From: Planctomycetota bacterium
Lineage (GTDB): Bacteria > Planctomycetota > Planctomycetia > Pirellulales > UBA1268
Reading direction: 5' to 3'
NCBI GenBank assembly: GCA_037133115.1
Contig: JBAXOU010000003.1
Coordinates: forward strand, 1 to 42,602
Length of the DNA: 42,602 nucleotides
Shown: positions 36,593 to 42,602 of the stretch, piece by piece
Numbering within the stretch: the first letter of the stretch is position 1
How the letters are laid out: the number at the start of each line of letters is the position of its first letter
Notes under the pieces: generated by a model
Databases searched by the model: none
Told to the model about the DNA's origin: nothing
Seen by the model: only the letters and a program-made list of their open reading frames with translations
Made by a program: the position numbers and the translations under genes

Positions 36593-36664
36593 TCGCTCCA
36601 CTTAGATCAGGGGGGTGGAGCGATTCGCCCCACCCCCTCGTCCGAATGGAGCGAATCGCTCCAC
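36593..36664. promoter_or_regulatory. Phased palindromes TGGAGCGA-W-TCGCYCCA (candidate activator binding sites)
   Basis: Full palindromes centred at 36624 and 36655, plus a half site TCGCTCCAC at 36593-36601; spacing 31-32 bp. Confidence 0.5.
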
Positions 36665-36783
36665 CTCCGCCCGGTTCCCGAGCTCGGCGCGCCAGCCAGC
36701 GGTGTCACCAAAAACCATCGTTTCATCGAGAAAAGTTGCTTTTACGGTGCTCGTTGCGATCCTCCTCAAGAAGTTTTGGGATT

Positions 36784-36799
36784 TGGCACAGCGATTGCT
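36784..36799 (+). promoter_or_regulatory. Sigma-54 (RpoN) -24/-12 promoter
   Basis: TGGCAC-AGCGA-TTGCT matches the TGGCAC-N5-TTGCW consensus, ~100 nt upstream of ATG 36901 and in the correct orientation. Confidence 0.75.
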
Positions 36800-36900
36800 A
36801 TTCATTTCTTTCGGGTGGATGACTGAAAAGGGTTTTCAGGCAGTCATCTGGGGTGGGGTCGCTCACGGGAACTTTAAAAACGTTGGCAGGGAGAAAGCTC

Positions 36901-38667
36901 ATGTCGGGCATCAAGACAACTTCACGGATCGCTGCGATCAGCCTGGCCTTCGTGGCGGGGCTCCTGGCCATGACGCCGGGGCTGGCGGTCGCGCAGAGTG
37001 GCACGTGGACAAGCACGGGCAACGGCACTTGGTCCACCACGTCTAACTGGCTCAATGGCACAGTTGCGTCGGGTGCGGACAACACGGCCTCTTTTACCGG
37101 CGCAACTCTCGCCGCAACTAGAACCATTTCCCTCAATGGCGACAAAACAATCGGGTATCTTAGGTTTGACCCAAATAGTGCGGCCTACCACACGCTGCGA
37201 ATGGGTACGAGCGGTAGCCTGACTCTTGACACGACGTTGTCGGGCAGCATCCCTGGGATCGACGTTGCTGCGACTCGCACCGCCGTCATCACCGCCGCCG
37301 TGGCCGGAACCAAGGGATTCGTGAAGACCGGCGATGGAACTCTCTATCTAGGCGGGGCGAACACGTATAGCGGCACCACAACGGTTAGTGTCGGCACGCT
37401 GGAAGCGAAGACCGCCGATGCACTTGGTGCCGTCGGTACCGGAATCGGAACGGTCGTTGCAGACGGCGGTCGGCTTCGCATCGGGGCAAATGTCACCATC
37501 AACGAGTCCATTGAGATCAATGGTGCTGGTACCGCTGCGGCTCCGAACACAGGGGCTTTGAATTTCGGTTCGTCGGATACTGTTACCTTCCCAACCCTCG
37601 CTACCATGGCCGGTTTGGTGACGCTCGCCAGCGACGCTTCCATCGGCGTTGGTTCCGGCGCTGCCGGATTCATGACCCGCTCCGGGGCCGCCGATGCGAT
37701 CCAGACGAACGGATTCAAACTTACAATAGCAGCGTCCGGAACCCTGACTGTAAACAGCCCGATTGCCGGCACCGGCGGCGCCCTCGCACACGGCGGCTCC
37801 GGCGTGGTGACGTTGACAGCCGCGAACACGTACACCGGAACGACCGCGATCACCGGCAACGGCAGCCTGCGGCTTGGAGCCGGCGGCGCCGACGGTTCGC
37901 TGTCGACCAACAGCGCCATCTCCATGGCGGCGGCGCAATCGACGTTCGTCGTGGACCAGAGCGATACCGTGACCCAGGGCGTCGACTTCAGCGGCGCCGC
38001 CATCACGGCCTCGGTTGGTGGCCCCGGAATCGGCAAGTTCATCCAGGCCGGCAGCGGCACGACGATTCTCAACGCGGCAAACTCTTACCGCGGCGCGACC
38101 AGCGTCGACCTCGGCACGCTGCTCATCAACGGCAATCAGTCGGCTGCGGACGGTGCCGTGACGGTGGCCAGCGGGGCCACGCTCGGCGGCTCGGGCACGA
38201 CCGGCGGCGCCGTGAGCATCCTCGGAGGGGCCATCGTGGCCCCGGGCAGCGGCGTCGGGACGCTGACCGTGAGCAACGCCTTCACCCTCGCCAACTCGTC
38301 GATCCTGAACTTTCAGCTTAACCCGCTGGATAATACGGTCGGCGGCGGGATCAACGACCTGATCACGGGAGTGTCCAACCTCACGCTCGACGGCGTCCTC
38401 AACGTCTCGGGCGCCGGCGACTGGACGTCCGTCGCCGATTTCACGACGTGGCGGCTCTTCAACTACACACCGGGCACGCTGACGGACAACCTGCTCGCGC
38501 TCGGCACCATGCCGACGCTCGGCAGCGGACAGTCGTTCCAGATCGACACCTCCACGTCCGGCCAGGTGAACCTGATCGTGGTACCCGAGCCCTCCGCGCT
38601 CGTGCTCCTCAGCGGTCTGGGGGTGATCGGGTTCTTCGCCCGCCGCCAGCGCGGCGACCGCGGCTGA
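36901..38667 (+). CDS. PEP-CTERM surface protein with autotransporter-associated beta-strand repeats
   Basis: Signal peptide then AQSGTW; repeats KTGDGTLYLGGANTYSGTTTVSVGTL; C-terminus VVPEPSALVLLSGLGVIGFFARRQR. Confidence 0.92.
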   Translation: MSGIKTTSRIAAISLAFVAGLLAMTPGLAVAQSGTWTSTGNGTWSTTSNWLNGTVASGADNTASFTGATLAATRTISLNGDKTIGYLRFDPNSAAYHTLRMGTSGSLTLDTTLSGSIPGIDVAATRTAVITAAVAGTKGFVKTGDGTLYLGGANTYSGTTTVSVGTLEAKTADALGAVGTGIGTVVADGGRLRIGANVTINESIEINGAGTAAAPNTGALNFGSSDTVTFPTLATMAGLVTLASDASIGVGSGAAGFMTRSGAADAIQTNGFKLTIAASGTLTVNSPIAGTGGALAHGGSGVVTLTAANTYTGTTAITGNGSLRLGAGGADGSLSTNSAISMAAAQSTFVVDQSDTVTQGVDFSGAAITASVGGPGIGKFIQAGSGTTILNAANSYRGATSVDLGTLLINGNQSAADGAVTVASGATLGGSGTTGGAVSILGGAIVAPGSGVGTLTVSNAFTLANSSILNFQLNPLDNTVGGGINDLITGVSNLTLDGVLNVSGAGDWTSVADFTTWRLFNYTPGTLTDNLLALGTMPTLGSGQSFQIDTSTSGQVNLIVVPEPSALVLLSGLGVIGFFARRQRGDRG

Positions 38668-38838
38668 GCCCGCGTCCACAAATTTCCCGGTGATTGGATG
38701 AGCGATCAGATCAACTCAATGGAACGACAGGAGCGGTTTGTTGTCATCACGTGAGGCGATGTGTACTGACTGAATGCACGGAACCTGGCAGGTTTTTTCG
38801 ATCGAAGCACAGTTACATTTTTGCACAAGGACATGCTC

Positions 38839-40380
38839 ATGACTGGCATCAAGACAGGAACGTTTCGGCTAGGCGGGGGCTGCGGGGGCATTTTCCTGGC
38901 AGCAATGGCGTTCTTTGCCACCCAGGCGAACCCTGCGCGGGTGTTCGCCCAGAGCGGGACGTGGAGTTCGGCCGGCGTCACTTCCTGGAACAACACCGCG
39001 AGGTGGACCGGTGGCGTCGTCGCCGGCGGCGCGAACAACACCGCGACGTTCACAGTCGGCGGAACAGCCAGTTTGCTGAGCAACATCGTGCTCGGCAATC
39101 TCACCACCGGCGCTACGCGGGTGCAGATCCGGTCGGGAACCGAAACCGTCAATGCGAATTTGACGAATGAACAGATCCAGTTCGTGACGACGACCGGCAC
39201 CGCCCCTGCGATCACCAACGCGGGGCGGCTCGACATGTTCGCGGTCATCGCCGGCTCGCAGGGATTTACGAAGTCGGGTGCCGGGGCGCTCTATCTCAAT
39301 CGAACGAACACCTACACGGGCACGACTACGATCTCGACTGGCGACGTCCGGCTCGGTGTCAATGACGGCCTGGGGGCCAGCGGCACTGGGAATGAAACGG
39401 TGATTGCAAGCGGTGCGATGCTACGGCTCGACAACGCGGCTACATCCACGTTCGTCTCCGGGATACAGACGTCCGAGTCGTTCACGATTTCGGGAGACGG
39501 CGTGGGCAGTCTCGGCGCCCTCCGCTCGCAAGCCGGCACGGGCAATGCGTTCACAGGCCCGATCACGCTGGCAGCAAACGCGAGCATCAAAGCAAACCCG
39601 GGCGCGGCACTCACGCTGAGCGGGTCGATCAACGTAGATTCCAATACTCTGACACTCAGCGACAACGGCGACTTCACCGTCAGCGGCGGCATCGCCGGAA
39701 CCGGTAATGTCAGCTACTCGAGCCAGGGGAGCCTGATTTTGTCTGGCTCCAGCACGCTCACGGGCACGACGACGGTTACCAACAGCGGCGCTCCCGTCAC
39801 GATGACGGGATACCTGGCCGGCCCGATGGTCTTCAGCGGCAGCAGCAGGTACCTGACCGGCACCGGCACGTTCGCCGGGGGGCTCACGGTCGGGGCAAAC
39901 AACTTCCTCTCCCCCGGAGCGACCGGCACCGCGGCAGCGGATTCCTACGGGACGATCACGGCGAGCACGCTCGAAGTGCAGAGCGCCGCGGTGCTCTTGG
40001 GCATCCAGGACGCGACGACGTATGACCGGCTCGTGATGACCGCCGGCGCGAACGGCCTGACGCTCGGCGGCACCGCGAGCCTGTCGCTCAACGTGGCGAG
40101 CCTGCTGCCTGATTTTTCGACGCTGAACCTTTTCAACTTCACGGGCCTCACCGGGAACTTCCAGAGCGTCACGTCGAGTGGTTCTTACGCCGGGACGTGG
40201 ACCGGCAGCAGCGGCATCTTCTCGCTCGCGAAAGTCGGTCCGGGGGGTGCCCAGACGCTGACCTTCGACCAGTCGACCGGCGTCCTCGCGGTCATTCCAG
40301 AGCCGTCGTCGATCGCGATCGTCGCCGGGGTCGTGTCGGTGGCGAGCCTGCTCGTCTGGCGGCGGCGCCGAGGTTTCTGA
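38839..40380 (+). CDS. PEP-CTERM surface protein with autotransporter-associated beta-strand repeats
   Basis: MTGIKT start, AQSGTW, KSGAGALYLNRTNTYTGTTTISTG; C-terminus VIPEPSSIAIVAGVVSVASLLVWRRRR. Confidence 0.92.
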   Translation: MTGIKTGTFRLGGGCGGIFLAAMAFFATQANPARVFAQSGTWSSAGVTSWNNTARWTGGVVAGGANNTATFTVGGTASLLSNIVLGNLTTGATRVQIRSGTETVNANLTNEQIQFVTTTGTAPAITNAGRLDMFAVIAGSQGFTKSGAGALYLNRTNTYTGTTTISTGDVRLGVNDGLGASGTGNETVIASGAMLRLDNAATSTFVSGIQTSESFTISGDGVGSLGALRSQAGTGNAFTGPITLAANASIKANPGAALTLSGSINVDSNTLTLSDNGDFTVSGGIAGTGNVSYSSQGSLILSGSSTLTGTTTVTNSGAPVTMTGYLAGPMVFSGSSRYLTGTGTFAGGLTVGANNFLSPGATGTAAADSYGTITASTLEVQSAAVLLGIQDATTYDRLVMTAGANGLTLGGTASLSLNVASLLPDFSTLNLFNFTGLTGNFQSVTSSGSYAGTWTGSSGIFSLAKVGPGGAQTLTFDQSTGVLAVIPEPSSIAIVAGVVSVASLLVWRRRRGF

Positions 40381-40477
40381 CGGAACGCTGGCCCGCCTGC
40401 CCCTCGTTCGTATACCATCAAGAAGAGTGGTTTCGAGGGGCGGGCAGAATCCCTGCTCGCGAATGGAGGGAATATCC

Positions 40478-42602
40478 ATGCGTCCAATCCGGGCGGTCGT
40501 GTCGAGGAATGCCCGCGTGGCGTCGCTGGCGGTTGCGACGGCGATGCTGTCTGCCATAGGGTGGCAGCAGTCCGCGTCCGCCCAGAGCGGCACGTGGACT
40601 GCCGCTGCGGGATCAACAGCCGTCTGGAGCGGAACGGCGAACTGGAGCGGAGGAACGGTCGCAGACGGCTCCGGCAACACGGCGGCGTTTACCAACACCG
40701 GCACGACCACTGTCGACTCGAACCGCACCATCGGCACGATCACCAGCGCCGGCTCGCGGGGGATCTCCGGCGCGGCCACGCTGACACTCGCGACGGGGAC
40801 GGGCACGCCCTTGCTTTGGCCTGCAAATGGCACGACGCTCGGCATCTCGGCGATTGTCGCCGGCACCCAGGGCTTCCGTAAGACCGGTACCTCGACGCTC
40901 GCCCTCCAGGCGGCCAACACGTTTTCGGGCACCGCGATTGTTCAGACCGGTACGACGATCATCACCAACATCGATGCGCTCGGGGCCACCGGCGCAGGCA
41001 ACGAAACGGTCGTCGCCAGCGGTGCACAGTTGCAGATCTCAACAGGTGGGTCGCCCGTCACGACCAACGAGTCGTTCTCGATCGCGGGCCGTGGCAATCC
41101 AATTAATGCGGCCGTCGGTGGTGGCGGTGCCATTCGGATCTTGGCCAGCAACGTCACGCTGGCCGGTCCCATCACGCTCACCGGCACCGCCGAACTGTTT
41201 CCCAACAGCTCCTCGACCCTTACGGTTTCCGGTAACGTCAGCGGCACCGGGGGCTTCATTCTCAGAGGCTCGGGCGGCCTCACCGTGAGCGGCAACATGT
41301 CGCACACCGGCTGGGTGAACCGCTGGTCGGGCGGCAGCGGCGTGGTGACGCTTTCCGGCAGCAACTCGTACACCGGCTCCACGGCGGTCGACAACGGCCC
41401 CATGACGCTCAACAACCCGTATGCGATCCCGTCGACGACAAATCTCAGCGTGACCTCGGGGGGTGCCCTCGACCTCAACGGCAGCGATATCACAATCCCG
41501 ACGTTCGGATGGCGGAATGACGGCGTCAACGCACCCAACGCCTACAACAGCAGCGGCGGGGTGATCTTCGACAACTCCGCCACGCCCGGAACCACCACGA
41601 TCACGGTGACGAGCGGCAGTTTCGTGCTTGGGACGGCGATCAACGACGGCAGCAGCCGTCAGTTGGCACTGAATGTGGCGAGCGCGGACATGCAAAACAT
41701 CGAACTGACAAACGCGCTCAGCACCTTCTCGGGCGGACTGACGCTCATGACCGGGCCTGGCAACGGCACGCGGCTGAATATCCAGAATCCGCTTACAAAC
41801 GGCGGCTCAGCTGGGGCGATCACGAATAGCATCTTCGGCACCGGCACGGTGACGGTGGGCCTCGCGCCGTCCGACCGGGCGCAGTTCTACATGGGCCCCG
41901 GGACGGTCACGGCGGGCGTGGGGTCGACTGTGTTGAACGACATGCTCTTCAACACAGCCGCCGGCGCCGATACGCCGTCGGGTGTCTTGCTCAACGCCAC
42001 GGAGGCGATCTTCGCCGGCACATTGGTGGCCGGCCAGGCACCGGTCAGCTTCGCCACGGGCTCGATCGTGACCAACAGCGTCGCCGTGCTCACTGGCCGC
42101 GTCACGAGCACGGGCACTAGCGGCGGGCTCCGGCTCGTGGGCAATGGCCAGGTGCCAGGCATCACCGTTCGGCTCTTCAACCAGACCGGCACGGCGAATG
42201 ACTACCAGGGCTCGACCACCGTCGAGGCCAATACGACGCTCGCGCTCGCAGCGGCCGATCAGGTGCCCAACGGCACGGGCAAGGGCAACGTGAGCGTGGC
42301 GGGCAGCTTCAAACTCGGCGGCTTCAGCGAGACGATCAACGGCCTGTCGGGCTCGGGCAGCGTGGACGGCGGCAGCGGCACGCCCACGCTCACCGTCGGC
42401 GATGGCGACGCCTCCGCCACCTTTTCCGGCGTGATTGGTAATACGGCTGGTTCGCTCTCACTCGTGAAGATCGGCTCGGGCGTGCAGACGCTCGCATCGG
42501 CCAACACGTATTCCGGCCCCACGACCGTGCAGCAGGGCACGCTGCAACTCGCCAACGCCGCGGCGCTGGGCTCGAGCAAGGTCATCCCGCTCGCCGGCGG
42601 CA
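40478..42602 (+). CDS. Autotransporter-associated beta-strand repeat surface protein, 3' end beyond the window
   Basis: Missing from the ORF track because it has no stop in the window. GGAGG then ATG 40478: MRPIRAVVSRNARVASLAVATAMLSAIGWQQSASAQSGTW...KIGSGVQTLASANTYSGPTTVQQGTL. Confidence 0.9.
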   Translation, partial: MRPIRAVVSRNARVASLAVATAMLSAIGWQQSASAQSGTWTAAAGSTAVWSGTANWSGGTVADGSGNTAAFTNTGTTTVDSNRTIGTITSAGSRGISGAATLTLATGTGTPLLWPANGTTLGISAIVAGTQGFRKTGTSTLALQAANTFSGTAIVQTGTTIITNIDALGATGAGNETVVASGAQLQISTGGSPVTTNESFSIAGRGNPINAAVGGGGAIRILASNVTLAGPITLTGTAELFPNSSSTLTVSGNVSGTGGFILRGSGGLTVSGNMSHTGWVNRWSGGSGVVTLSGSNSYTGSTAVDNGPMTLNNPYAIPSTTNLSVTSGGALDLNGSDITIPTFGWRNDGVNAPNAYNSSGGVIFDNSATPGTTTITVTSGSFVLGTAINDGSSRQLALNVASADMQNIELTNALSTFSGGLTLMTGPGNGTRLNIQNPLTNGGSAGAITNSIFGTGTVTVGLAPSDRAQFYMGPGTVTAGVGSTVLNDMLFNTAAGADTPSGVLLNATEAIFAGTLVAGQAPVSFATGSIVTNSVAVLTGRVTSTGTSGGLRLVGNGQVPGITVRLFNQTGTANDYQGSTTVEANTTLALAAADQVPNGTGKGNVSVAGSFKLGGFSETINGLSGSGSVDGGSGTPTLTVGDGDASATFSGVIGNTAGSLSLVKIGSGVQTLASANTYSGPTTVQQGTLQLANAAALGSSKVIPLAGG

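Noticed and set aside
35869-36601. Repeat-protein ORFs on both strands (e.g. 35895-36569)
   Set aside because: They arise because the 96-bp unit is a multiple of three; variation follows hairpin structure and one unit has a 5-bp insertion.
38786-38800. Second sigma-54 promoter before the second PEP-CTERM gene
   Set aside because: TGGCAG-N5-TTCG lacks the conserved GC at -12.

Overview
High-GC window that is almost certainly from a planctomycete: it has two DUF1501/DUF1549-DUF1553 modules, planctomycete cytochrome c domains, a DUF1559 pilin-like gene and PEP-CTERM proteins. From left to right: (1) a large cytochrome c / beta-propeller / cupredoxin / TIM-barrel fusion gene, a cyclase-family hydrolase and a hicBA toxin-antitoxin pair; (2) a ~2.7 kb decay zone (5.7-8.4 kb) made of IS91-like transposase pieces, a split AraC gene, an SDR tail, mobile-element gene scraps and one intact EamA gene; (3) a DUF1501-PPC-DUF1549/1553-cytochrome/WD40 operon; (4) a glycan-degradation block with two unassigned glycosidase-like proteins, an S1 sulfatase, a fucosidase-like protein and a secreted hypothetical; (5) a DUF1559-lipoprotein-DUF1553-DUF1501 operon; (6) a 6 x 96-bp REP/BIME-like array, phased palindromes, a consensus sigma-54 promoter and three tandem autotransporter-repeat surface proteins (two end in PEP-CTERM, the third runs off the window). 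The most notable non-coding signals are a ~45-bp motif in three copies that looks like an IS91/ISCR oriIS end, and the sigma-54/upstream-palindrome architecture in front of the PEP-CTERM genes. Family assignments come from motif recognition by eye; no searches were run. No rRNA, tRNA or CRISPR array was seen.
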